Shown piece after piece: positions 17,833-26,795 of a stretch of DNA of 46,456 nt. Origin of the DNA: Thermoproteota archaeon (lineage in GTDB: Archaea; Thermoproteota; Methanomethylicia; Methanomethylicales; Methanomethylicaceae); the NCBI GenBank assembly GCA_030055575.1, contig JASFYL010000004.1, forward strand, positions 1 to 46,456. The letters run 5' to 3'. The notes beneath the pieces are model-generated. The model was not told the DNA's origin. It worked only from the letters and a program-made list of their open reading frames with translations, and did no database searches. Position 1 is the stretch's first letter. Each line of letters starts with the position of its first letter. The position numbers were made by a program, and so were the translations under genes.

Positions 17833-18876
17833 TCAGAGGGCGGAATCGAGCATATCCAGCAGCGGTTTGTATGCCTTCTCCAACAGATTCTCCCCGGCAA
17901 ACCTTTTCACATTGCTCACAAAACGAGCATATCTCTCACATATTCCATTTATCGATTCTAGAACCCCTTCAGGTTTGGTCACCACCCCGATGCCGGCGTG
18001 TGCCACCTGACCAGTCCAACCGTCTCCTATAGCGATTATTGGCTGGAGTAGGGAGGCATGGAGATAAATCCTGGTAGGGCAACTAGCACGGTACCTTACA
18101 AGCAATCCGATGGGAACCTGCCTCAGCTCCCCTATAGCGTCTCCGAGCGTCGGGTAGGAGTACCACCTGACGTGCCGCAGCCTTCTTTTCAGTCTTTTTG
18201 CCAATCGACCTTGGTCGTAGGACCACAACTCAATGGAGTCGATGCGCCTACAGACCTCAAGAAATGCCTGTTCCTCTTCCTTAAACTGGAGCTTCCCCGA
18301 ACTTACCAACGACACCCCCTTAATCATCCTGTTCAGAGACTCCTCTTCGCTCATGACCACCTTGTCTAGCCCCGGAGGTACAACACAGGAATCAATGCCC
18401 ATAGAGAGCAACTTCTCCCTGAGCCCCTGCGATACGGCAATGACGCCCTCTGTGCTCTCGGTCAACGAGCGCAGCATCCTCGTATAACCATCGGAGGGCG
18501 TGCCGCCGAGCCACTCTGGAGTGAGGTCTTCGATGCTTAAGAAGGTAGCAACCCCTTTGGACGTCAAGTATCGGGCTGCACCGGCGGTTACATCTGTTAT
18601 AAGGATGGCTGCGTCAGGTCTAGCTTGCATCACTTGCTTGGCGATCCGCCTGCCTATCAGGTCCCAAACCGGCTTCTGACCGATTATTATTGGACCGAGG
18701 ATCCGGTAGATACCTCTGAACGCTTTCTCCTGATCTCCTTTGAGAATCCTCACATCATACCGAGACCGGAGTGCTTCGAGCATCATGTCGACCCGGTATC
18801 TAATACCAGGAGAGGAGTGATAGGTTGGCGTGAAGACTACCACTTTAGGTATTGATCCGTTCCGCACAAGGATCAC
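17833..18876 (-). CDS. Divergent GT-B-fold glycosyltransferase-like protein
   Basis: VVVFTPT..SPGIRYR, SIEDL, VIAVS..L, VPPG, PTRIY...LQPII; GTG start at 18876 overlapping the GT2 stop, or GTG 18867 behind a GGAGGTGA SD. Confidence 0.6.
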   Translation of the reverse strand: MILVRNGSIPKVVVFTPTYHSSPGIRYRVDMMLEALRSRYDVRILKGDQEKAFRGIYRILGPIIIGQKPVWDLIGRRIAKQVMQARPDAAILITDVTAGAARYLTSKGVATFLSIEDLTPEWLGGTPSDGYTRMLRSLTESTEGVIAVSQGLREKLLSMGIDSCVVPPGLDKVVMSEEESLNRMIKGVSLVSSGKLQFKEEEQAFLEVCRRIDSIELWSYDQGRLAKRLKRRLRHVRWYSYPTLGDAIGELRQVPIGLLVRYRASCPTRIYLHASLLQPIIAIGDGWTGQVAHAGIGVVTKPEGVLESINGICERYARFVSNVKRFAGENLLEKAYKPLLDMLDSAL

Positions 18877-19820
18877 CTCCGGTCTTGAGAGGTCACGGTC
18901 AACGTCACCCACAGTATCATCATTAATGAGAAAAAGAGGAATGCGAGAAGCGTTGATCCAACCGCGATCAGTGCCAAATTGATTGGGACATAGCCGTTTT
19001 GTGAGTAGCTTTGGACGCACCAGATGCCGAATGTGAATCCGATTAGCATAAAGATGGCTGCGGGTATCCCGTAAATCTTAGTCGGGTGCCTTATCGAAAG
19101 CAGCTTCAAAGTGTTCAGAACCACCGACATGCCCTGTGTCAGAGATCTTATATTGGATTGCTTCTCAGGATAGGTTATACGGACAGGGACCTCAGAAATC
19201 CTCAAACCTTTTCGACTTGAATCCAACAGGATTTCAGTACTCGCACTCATCCCGTGCTCGGACACCATAATGCAATCAAGTGCCTTTCTCCCGTACGCCC
19301 TGAAACCAGACTGCGTATCCGTAATTTTTTTGTCAGAGGAGATGTTCACAACGGCGTTGATGAGTTTTATCCCGTACTTCTTAGGGTACGGGACATGACC
19401 GTTCCCGAGGAACCTCGAACCTATGACAAGGTCGGCCTCGTTTTTGATTATCGGAGAGACAAGGTCGGGTATATAGCGAGGCTCGTGCTGGGCGTCGGCG
19501 TCGAGGGTCACCAGCACATCTGCCCCGATTTCGACGGCGACCCTAAATAACGACGATATGGCTGCACCGTACCCCATGTTAGTTGGGTTGCTTATCACAA
19601 CAGCTCCCAGGGCCTCCGCGATCTCTGCCGTCATGTCGGTTGACCCGTCATCGCATACGAAAATAGCGTCCACGAAGGGTTTCACTTTCAGTATTACTGA
19701 GGCGATAGTCTTCTCCTCGTTGTGGGCAGGGATACCTGCCACCAAGAATTTGCCTCCTGTTGAGTGTTTGTCAACCAAGGATGCTGACCCGCTTGATCCG
19801 GTCATCCGATTTTTCTCCAC
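18873..19820 (-). CDS. Glycosyltransferase family 2, DPM1/polyprenol-phosphate glycosyltransferase-like, with 2 C-terminal TM helices
   Basis: IPAHNEE, DDGSTD, NMGYGAA, LDADAQH, DLVIGSRF, DTQSGFRAY. Confidence 0.92.
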   Translation of the reverse strand: MEKNRMTGSSGSASLVDKHSTGGKFLVAGIPAHNEEKTIASVILKVKPFVDAIFVCDDGSTDMTAEIAEALGAVVISNPTNMGYGAAISSLFRVAVEIGADVLVTLDADAQHEPRYIPDLVSPIIKNEADLVIGSRFLGNGHVPYPKKYGIKLINAVVNISSDKKITDTQSGFRAYGRKALDCIMVSEHGMSASTEILLDSSRKGLRISEVPVRITYPEKQSNIRSLTQGMSVVLNTLKLLSIRHPTKIYGIPAAIFMLIGFTFGIWCVQSYSQNGYVPINLALIAVGSTLLAFLFFSLMMILWVTLTVTSQDRR

Positions 19821-19948
19821 GAATTATTCTTAATCTCCTCGGTCAGATAAATTATATTAAGCAAACCTGGCTACCAAAAATTCGGTAGCTCATGATATTA
19901 CAATCCAAATGCTTTGAAAAATGAATGGCGATGTTTTGAAAAGTGAAA

Positions 19949-20932
19949 TTAATTGCGGCTTCCTTCCAAAACGGCATTCATTTCATAGATGAATGAATTC
20001 AGCACATTGCGTGCGTACTGCCGCACTGCTATACCTCTGGCTATCTCCCCCAGCTTCTCCTCAGGCTCGGCTGCCCGCTTCAGGTATTCCTTCTTTCCAA
20101 TTTCACGGCTCAGGAACATTTGCCTGATCCCAGTCAGCCTGAGGAGGGGCCCCTGCCTCTCTAGGGTCAACGCCGCGATCTCATTCTTAAGATCCTCCTG
20201 CCTCTTTGCGAGGGTTGTTTTTAGAGCCTTCAGCTCCGCGCTCAAGGGAAAACCAAAAGAACTAGCTTCCGATCCAGTCCTCGAATTAGCAGACGGGTTC
20301 CGATTCGTGACCCCCGATGCCTCGGCGAGTATCCTCATAGTCTCCGCGTCGAGCTGCGGGGTGGGAGGATAAAAGAGAACTTTGTGCAGCTCCGCTGCTC
20401 TCCTAACGCGCCTCAGTGTCCCGCCAGTCCGACGCGCGAGAGGCTCGAGCACCCCTAACTTCTCGCTCACCCCCATGTAAACAACGTTAATCTTTGCCTG
20501 CTGGAGGATCGCTTCGTAAATGCCTAGTCGAGGGTCCTCCCCCAAGCTATAGTCGGCGTCTGTGATTAGCACGATCTCCCTCTCGCCCTCCTCATGCGAG
20601 GTCTGGGAAAGAGCCTCGAAGAGCGCAAGCCCGATCGGGGTGCCACCCTCCGCACTGATTGTGGAGATCTCTCTGATTAGGTGAGGGCAGCTCGGTGCAA
20701 TGCTGTGCGCGTTTTGGAACGGGATGACTGTTTCGAGCGCCGGCTTTCCCTTCCTGTTCTTGAAGGTGATGAGCGCGACCCGGTCGTCGGCGCAAAAGCG
20801 ATCCTTGGAGCCGAGGAGTTTTGTGAGCTCAGCCTTCGCCTGCTCGATCTTGGGAACAGAGAAGTCGATTACGCCTTCTGTATTTGACATACTGCCGGAG
20901 GAGTCGAGGAGGTAAACTCTGCTCACTCCCAT
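19949..20932 (-). CDS. von Willebrand factor A domain protein with C-terminal coiled coil
   Basis: MIDAS LDSSGSM, GGTPIG, LITDA; helical charged C-terminus. Confidence 0.85.
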   Translation of the reverse strand: MGVSRVYLLDSSGSMSNTEGVIDFSVPKIEQAKAELTKLLGSKDRFCADDRVALITFKNRKGKPALETVIPFQNAHSIAPSCPHLIREISTISAEGGTPIGLALFEALSQTSHEEGEREIVLITDADYSLGEDPRLGIYEAILQQAKINVVYMGVSEKLGVLEPLARRTGGTLRRVRRAAELHKVLFYPPTPQLDAETMRILAEASGVTNRNPSANSRTGSEASSFGFPLSAELKALKTTLAKRQEDLKNEIAALTLERQGPLLRLTGIRQMFLSREIGKKEYLKRAAEPEEKLGEIARGIAVRQYARNVLNSFIYEMNAVLEGSRN

Positions 20933-20980
20933 TTATGCTCACCGCTCATTGCGCACAACTACCAACACCCGGAAGACCAT

Positions 20981-21904
20981 TCAGGAATGACCTTGCAAGG
21001 ATCCTGATCGAGACCTTTTTTCTCCTGACGGCTCGATCTCTATGACCATCTCGGAGATATCGCCGTACTCACTAATGATTCTTTCCTTAACTTCCGATGA
21101 AATCCTGTGCGCCTCGGCGACAGAGAGAGAGCCGTCTAGCTCGACGACCGCCTGCCCCGCGACCGATCTCCCCAAGCTCCTCAGCCTCACTCCCCTTACC
21201 CCTACCACGCCCTCCGTCCGGAGTGCGATCGAGGCGATCCTCTCTAACCTCTCAGGGCACAGGCACCCATCCAAGAGCACTACCGAGGACTCCTTGATTG
21301 AGACGTAACCCACGGTGATTATCATAAAAGATATCGCCATTCCGGCGACTGCGTCGAAGTAAGAAAAGCCGAGGGACGACAGCCATACCCCCGCTACCAC
21401 CACAAAGGAGGCACCGCCATCCTTAATCGAGTTGTAGGCGTCGATCTTCATGGCCAGAGAGGATGACCTCCTGGCGAGTCCCAGTTTGTAGACCGCCAAT
21501 CCTGCGGAAGAGATGCCTGCAGACGCCGCCACTGCGATGGCTAGCATCGAGTCCTGGATCTGGACGGGCTCCAGCAGGGCGATGTAGGACTCGTAAAGCA
21601 TCAGCCCGCCGAGCGACATCATGGCGACCGCGGCTAAAAGCCCGAAGAGCGTCTCAGCCCTTTTGTAGCCGTGGCTGAAGATCCTGTCGGGCCTCCTCCT
21701 CGAGATCGATATGCCGACCAAAACGAGGACTGATACCACGCTATCGGCTAAGGAGTGCGCCCCGTCGGCTATGAGCGCGATGCTGCCCAGGGAGAGACCG
21801 AAGAGAATCTCCACGGCGCCAATTGCGAGCAGGAAGGCTACTGAGATCCTCAGTGCCAGGATTTCTGTCTTTATGTGGTGGTAGCTCCGCCCCCTACTGG
21901 ACAA
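20981..21904 (-). CDS. Cation diffusion facilitator (FieF-like) transporter
   Basis: SIALIADGAHSLAD, HGYKRAE, FDAVAG, LLDG, C-terminal dimerisation domain SVAEAHRI. Confidence 0.92.
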   Translation of the reverse strand: MSSRGRSYHHIKTEILALRISVAFLLAIGAVEILFGLSLGSIALIADGAHSLADSVVSVLVLVGISISRRRPDRIFSHGYKRAETLFGLLAAVAMMSLGGLMLYESYIALLEPVQIQDSMLAIAVAASAGISSAGLAVYKLGLARRSSSLAMKIDAYNSIKDGGASFVVVAGVWLSSLGFSYFDAVAGMAISFMIITVGYVSIKESSVVLLDGCLCPERLERIASIALRTEGVVGVRGVRLRSLGRSVAGQAVVELDGSLSVAEAHRISSEVKERIISEYGDISEMVIEIEPSGEKRSRSGSLQGHS

Positions 21905-22003
21905 TAGACGACACAGCCTTGTGGAGTTTTGATGCAGAGATAACTTTTTACGGTATGCAAAGCACTAGAAAAAGATATTTCTTTCCGGTCAAACTACTCA
22001 ATC

Positions 22004-24571
22004 ATGGGATTTTTAGAAAACCCGCACTCAATTCCATTAGAAGAGCTTGAACGCATGCTGGGCACCTCCCCTGAAGGTCTCCCTCCCGAGGAGGCTGAAA
22101 GGAGGCTCGCGGTCTACGGGAGGAACGTCCTCGAGGAGGAGAGGAGGTCCCGGCTGAAGCTCTTTCTAAGGCAGTTCAAGAGTGTGCTGATATACGTGCT
22201 CATCCTCGCTTCTGCGATCGCCCTGCTGTTGGACAAGGTGGAGGACTTCTTTGTCATTGTCGGGATCGTGCTCCTCAATGGGAGCATAGGGTTCTGGCAG
22301 GAAATGAAGGCCGAAGCCTCCATCCAGTCGCTGAAGAAGATGGCCGAGAGCAGGGTCTCGGTGGTCAGGGGCGGAAGAACAATCACGATACCCTCCTCGG
22401 AGCTCGTTCCGGGCGATGTCGTCTCGGTGTCTGAGGGGGACGTGGTCGCTGCGGACATCAGGCTCTTCGAGAGCAACGGGCTCATGGTGGACGAGTCGAC
22501 GATTACCGGGGAGTCGGTGCCATCCTCGAAGGACGAGTCGCGCGTCCTTCCCCCCCAGACGCCCCCGTACGAGATGTCCAACATGCTCTTCTCCGGTACG
22601 ACGGTCGTAAGGGGGTCCGGGAGAGGCTACGTCTGCAAGACTGGCAGCGGCACGTACCTCGCGTCGATCGCCGAGAGGGCGAAGGAGGAGTCCCCGGACA
22701 GCCCGCTCACCCGAGCGGTGAAGGAGTTCTTCAAGAGGTACGTGGTCCTTCTGGTGGCGGTCTTCGCCTCCGTGGGAGTTGCAGGGGTACTCCAAGGAAG
22801 GGAGATAGGCAACCTCTCGTACCTGCTCGTGGCGCAGATGGTCTCTGCGGTCCCAGAGGGCCTCCCGCTCGTCATTACGATAGTGATGGTGGTGGGGGCG
22901 GTCGCGCTCAGCAGGAAGAAGACGCTGACGAGGCACCTGCCCGCGGTGGAGACCCTGGGGAGCGCTACCGTGATAGCCTCGGACAAGACTGGCACGATCA
23001 CAGAGGGGAGGCTGGAGGTCAAGGAGGTCTACTCAGTAGACCCGGAGATGGCAAGGCTCGGGGCGGCGCTCTGCAACGACTCGGACGGCAAGGCAGGGGA
23101 CCCGCTGGACCTGGCGCTCAGCAGGTGGGTCGGTGAAGAATACAACCAGCTCAGGGAGGAGAACAGGAGGGTCTGGTCATTCCCGTTCGACACGAAGAGG
23201 AGGTTCATGGCGACAGCCAACGATGTGTCCGGCAGGAGGGTCTTGTTCGTCAAGGGCGCGTTCGAGGAGCTCAGGAAGCTCTCCGAGGGTACCGATGGAG
23301 ATTTGGAAAACCTCGAGAGGCAGCAGGACGGGATGGCCTCCCGCGGGCTCAGGACGATCGCGATCGCGACAGGGGACTTTTCGGAGGGCCGGGATCCGGA
23401 CGGCTGGAGGTTGAGGATCGTGGCCCTGGTCGGCTTCCTAGATCCGCCAAAGGAGGGTGTTAGAGAGGCAGTCATCACAGCGAAGAGGGCAGGGGTCAAG
23501 GTCCTCATGATAACTGGAGATCACCCGCTGACGGCTAAAGCGATCGCAGGCTCTGTCGGGATATTCAACGAGGGCGAGAGGATCCTCACGGGGATAGAGG
23601 TCGACGGGATGGACGACGAATCCCTCTACAGGGCGCTCCAGGAGTCTTCCGTGGTAGCCAGAGCGCTGCCCGAGAACAAGTACAGGATAGTGAAGGTCCT
23701 GCAGGAGAGGGGGGAGATCGTAGCGGTCACCGGGGACGGGGTGAACGACGTGCCGGCGCTTAAGGCGGCGGACCTCGGGATAGCGATGGGCTCTGGCAGC
23801 GAAGCCGCGAAGAGCGTTGCGAAGATGGTCATTCTCGACAGCAACCTCAGCATCATCGTGGACGCAATAAAGAGGGGGAGGGTCATCGCGGACAACATCA
23901 GGAAGGTGATCTACTACCTCCTTTCCACCAACATGATGCAGATCGTCCTGCTCGCGCTCTCTGTCTTTGCCGGGTACCCGATCCCCCTCCTCCCGATCCA
24001 GATCCTTTGGATAAACATCGTGACCGACGGGGTGCAGGACAAGTTCTTCCCGTTCGCGGATGAGGAGGGAGACGTGATGGCAAGGTGCCCGAGGAAGCCC
24101 AAGGAGCAGTTCTTCGACGGGGTGCAGGTCTTCAGGATCGGCTTCTTCGGGGCGATTACTGGGGCTGCAGCCCTGCTGCTCTTCAGTCACCTGCTGGGAG
24201 CTTACGGGTACGAGCTCGCGGTGTCGATAACGTTCACCACGGTAGCTGCTGCGCAGTGGTTCAACGGGATACAGGCTCAGAAGGAGAGGGAGCCTTTCTT
24301 CAGGGGGGTCAAGAGGAGCTTCCGGGTGAACCCGTACGCGTATCTCGGAGTCCTGTTGGGTATGACGCTCCAGCTCGCGGCGGTCTACCTCGTCCCTGGC
24401 GTCTTCGGCGCCATCCCCCTAGGCATGGAGCACTGGCAGTACGTCGCTGCGTTCTCTGCTTTCTCCTTCTTCGTGGTCGAGGTCAGGAAGCTATTAGAGG
24501 GGAAGATCTTCAGGGAGCGAAGCTGCCAACCCAAAATATTTTTACCAGTTCAGACAACAAAGGAGCTATGA
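22004..24571 (+). CDS. Cation-transporting P-type ATPase (type II, Ca2+-like)
   Basis: TGES, PEGLP, DKTGT phosphorylation site, KGA, DPPK, TGD, GDGVNDVPAL, QILWIN. Confidence 0.95.
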   Translation: MGFLENPHSIPLEELERMLGTSPEGLPPEEAERRLAVYGRNVLEEERRSRLKLFLRQFKSVLIYVLILASAIALLLDKVEDFFVIVGIVLLNGSIGFWQEMKAEASIQSLKKMAESRVSVVRGGRTITIPSSELVPGDVVSVSEGDVVAADIRLFESNGLMVDESTITGESVPSSKDESRVLPPQTPPYEMSNMLFSGTTVVRGSGRGYVCKTGSGTYLASIAERAKEESPDSPLTRAVKEFFKRYVVLLVAVFASVGVAGVLQGREIGNLSYLLVAQMVSAVPEGLPLVITIVMVVGAVALSRKKTLTRHLPAVETLGSATVIASDKTGTITEGRLEVKEVYSVDPEMARLGAALCNDSDGKAGDPLDLALSRWVGEEYNQLREENRRVWSFPFDTKRRFMATANDVSGRRVLFVKGAFEELRKLSEGTDGDLENLERQQDGMASRGLRTIAIATGDFSEGRDPDGWRLRIVALVGFLDPPKEGVREAVITAKRAGVKVLMITGDHPLTAKAIAGSVGIFNEGERILTGIEVDGMDDESLYRALQESSVVARALPENKYRIVKVLQERGEIVAVTGDGVNDVPALKAADLGIAMGSGSEAAKSVAKMVILDSNLSIIVDAIKRGRVIADNIRKVIYYLLSTNMMQIVLLALSVFAGYPIPLLPIQILWINIVTDGVQDKFFPFADEEGDVMARCPRKPKEQFFDGVQVFRIGFFGAITGAAALLLFSHLLGAYGYELAVSITFTTVAAAQWFNGIQAQKEREPFFRGVKRSFRVNPYAYLGVLLGMTLQLAAVYLVPGVFGAIPLGMEHWQYVAAFSAFSFFVVEVRKLLEGKIFRERSCQPKIFLPVQTTKEL

Positions 24572-25512
24572 AGTTCCTAGTAACCGGCGGCGCGGGTTTC
24601 ATAGGGTCCAACATAGTCTGGAGGCTCGTCTCGGAGGGGCATGAAGTCTCGGTCCTCGACGACATGAGCCTTGGGAGGAGCGAAAACCTCCCAAAGGGGG
24701 TCAGGATCGTCCAGGGAGATGTCAGGGACAGGATCCTCTTCGAGGATGCGTCCAAAGGCGTCGACGTGGTCTTCTACGAGGCCGCTAGGAGTTCGTCCCC
24801 GATGTTCAGCCCGGACCCTAGAAACGGGGTGGAGGTGAACGTCATGGGCTTCCTCAACGCCCTCGAGGCTGCGAGGAAGTTCGGCTTCGCGATCGTTTAC
24901 GCCTCAACGTCCTCGCTGTACAGCAGGTGCGAGCCCCCACACAGCGAGGGGATGGCTGTGGTCCCAGGGTCTTTCTACGAGTACTCGTTCCTCGCCCGGG
25001 AGGGGGCAGCCAGGCTATACCATGAGCTGTACGGAGTCAGGGCGGTCGGGCTGAGGTACTTCAGCGTCTACGGCCCCAGGGAGGAGGCTAAGGGCAAGTA
25101 CGCGAACAACATCTCTCAGTTCGCGTGGGAGATGATGGAAGGGCGGCGCCCAGTGATATACGGCGACGGAACTCAGACTAGGGACTTTATTTTCGTCGAG
25201 GATGTCGTGGAAGCGAACCTGCTCGCGATGGAAGCCGCGAACCATGAGGGGGGCGAGGTCTTCAATGTCGGCACCGGGGTCGAGACGACGTTCAACAGGA
25301 TAGTCGAGCTACTCTCTGACGAGCTTGGCTCGGAAGCGAGACCGTTGTACGTAGAAAACCCGATCAAGAACTATGTCAGGCGCACGCTGGCTGACACTAC
25401 AAAATCGGAGAGGCTGCTGGGATTCAAGGCGAGGACCCCGCTGAGGGAGGGGATCAGGAGGACCATAGAATACTACAAGTTGACAAGAGGCGCCTCGCTT
25501 CGTCGCTCGTGA
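24568..25512 (+). CDS. NAD-dependent nucleotide-sugar epimerase/dehydratase (extended SDR)
   Basis: ATG 24568 behind GGAG, ATGA overlap with the ATPase stop; TGGAGFIGS, LRYFSVYGP, GDGTQTRDF. Confidence 0.92.
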   Translation: MKFLVTGGAGFIGSNIVWRLVSEGHEVSVLDDMSLGRSENLPKGVRIVQGDVRDRILFEDASKGVDVVFYEAARSSSPMFSPDPRNGVEVNVMGFLNALEAARKFGFAIVYASTSSLYSRCEPPHSEGMAVVPGSFYEYSFLAREGAARLYHELYGVRAVGLRYFSVYGPREEAKGKYANNISQFAWEMMEGRRPVIYGDGTQTRDFIFVEDVVEANLLAMEAANHEGGEVFNVGTGVETTFNRIVELLSDELGSEARPLYVENPIKNYVRRTLADTTKSERLLGFKARTPLREGIRRTIEYYKLTRGASLRRS

Positions 25513-25607
25513 TGGCTCAATTGGGGACCTGAAAGGCAGCCTTTGTTCTTATTCTCATTAAGCTTGGGCTGAACATTTAGAAGCTGGGAACTGACCGAGG
25601 ACGTCCC

Positions 25608-26672
25608 TCATCTTTCGATTGAATCCACGATCCTCTTGGCTGAATTTCCGTCTCCGAATGGGTTCTGCCAGCCCACATTGGCCCTTAGCATCTCCCGGGC
25701 GCAGTCCAGGATCCTTTGTGGGTCGGTTCCCGAGAGCACATTCGCGCCGACCTCGACCGTTTCGGGGCGCTCGGTGTTGTCCCTCAGGGTGACGCACGGG
25801 ACTCCCAGGATGCAAGCCTCCTCCTGGACGCCGCCCGAGTCGGTGAGGATGAGATCCGCACCCCGCTCTAGCATCAGGAACGTCAGGTAATCCACCGGAT
25901 CCACCATCCTTACCGAGGCACCCACGTGCAGCCCATATGCGGAGATCCTCTTCCTTGCCCTCGGGTGCACCGGATACACTACTTCCCTCCCCAGCTCCTT
26001 GGAGACGAGCTCCAGTCCCCCGAGGATCCTCCTCAGCCTCTCCGGGGAGTCTACATTCTCCTGCCTGTGGACGGTCGCGAGGAAGTAGCGGTCTAGGCAG
26101 AGCTCCGAGCGGATGTCCCTGCCCTCGGTGAGCGAGAGGTTCTGGTTGACGGCATCCACGATGGTGTTTCCGGTCACGCGGATCTTCTCCTGGTCCAAAC
26201 CCTCCCGGAGGAGGTTCTGCATCGATACCTCGGTCGGCGCGAATAGGATGTCCGAGACGTGGTCTGCGACGATCCGGTTGATCTCCTCTGGCATCGACAT
26301 GTCACCGCTCCTGAGGCCTGCCTCGACATGACCGACTTTGATGCGCATCTTTGACGCCGCGAGTGTGCCCGCGAGGACTGTGTTCGTGTCCCCCTCGACC
26401 AGCACGTAATCCGGCTTCTCCTCAGCTAGCACCCGCTCTATCCCCATCAGCATCCTCCCAGTCTCCTCGCCGTGGGTACCGGAACCGACGTTCAGATTGT
26501 GCCTGGGCGGGCGGAGGCGGAGGACCTCGAAGAAGACCCGGTCCATGTTGTGGGAGTAGTGCTGCCCAGTGTGGAGGACGAAGTGATCTATCCCCCGCGC
26601 CTCCAGTTCCCGTACCACAGGCGACATCTTGATTATCTCAGGCCTCGTCCCGAGGACGACCGCGACCTTCAA
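25608..26672 (-). CDS. wecB: UDP-N-acetylglucosamine 2-epimerase (non-hydrolysing)
   Basis: GTRPEIIKM, HTGQHY, GDTNT, HVEAGLRS, PEEINR, HRQEN, TDSGGVQEEA, TERPE. Confidence 0.96.
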   Translation of the reverse strand: MKVAVVLGTRPEIIKMSPVVRELEARGIDHFVLHTGQHYSHNMDRVFFEVLRLRPPRHNLNVGSGTHGEETGRMLMGIERVLAEEKPDYVLVEGDTNTVLAGTLAASKMRIKVGHVEAGLRSGDMSMPEEINRIVADHVSDILFAPTEVSMQNLLREGLDQEKIRVTGNTIVDAVNQNLSLTEGRDIRSELCLDRYFLATVHRQENVDSPERLRRILGGLELVSKELGREVVYPVHPRARKRISAYGLHVGASVRMVDPVDYLTFLMLERGADLILTDSGGVQEEACILGVPCVTLRDNTERPETVEVGANVLSGTDPQRILDCAREMLRANVGWQNPFGDGNSAKRIVDSIER

Positions 26673-26795
26673 CCAAATGCACCGAGATCAGGTGGCTCAA
26701 AACACGCTTTTATCGGCTGCGATCCCAGCTGCCAGTTTGCAGTATTCCCAGTACGAAGGAGTGCGCAGGGGGGAAGGGCAGGGATTGATCGGGCG

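Noticed and set aside
24085-24567. N-terminal extension of the epimerase ORF
   Set aside because: Overlaps the P-type ATPase; the real start is ATG 24568 with an SD and an immediate Rossmann motif
26768-26793. G-quadruplex-like motif on the plus strand
   Set aside because: On the transcribed minus strand it is a pyrimidine-rich tract just after the MscS stop, more simply read as a termination region
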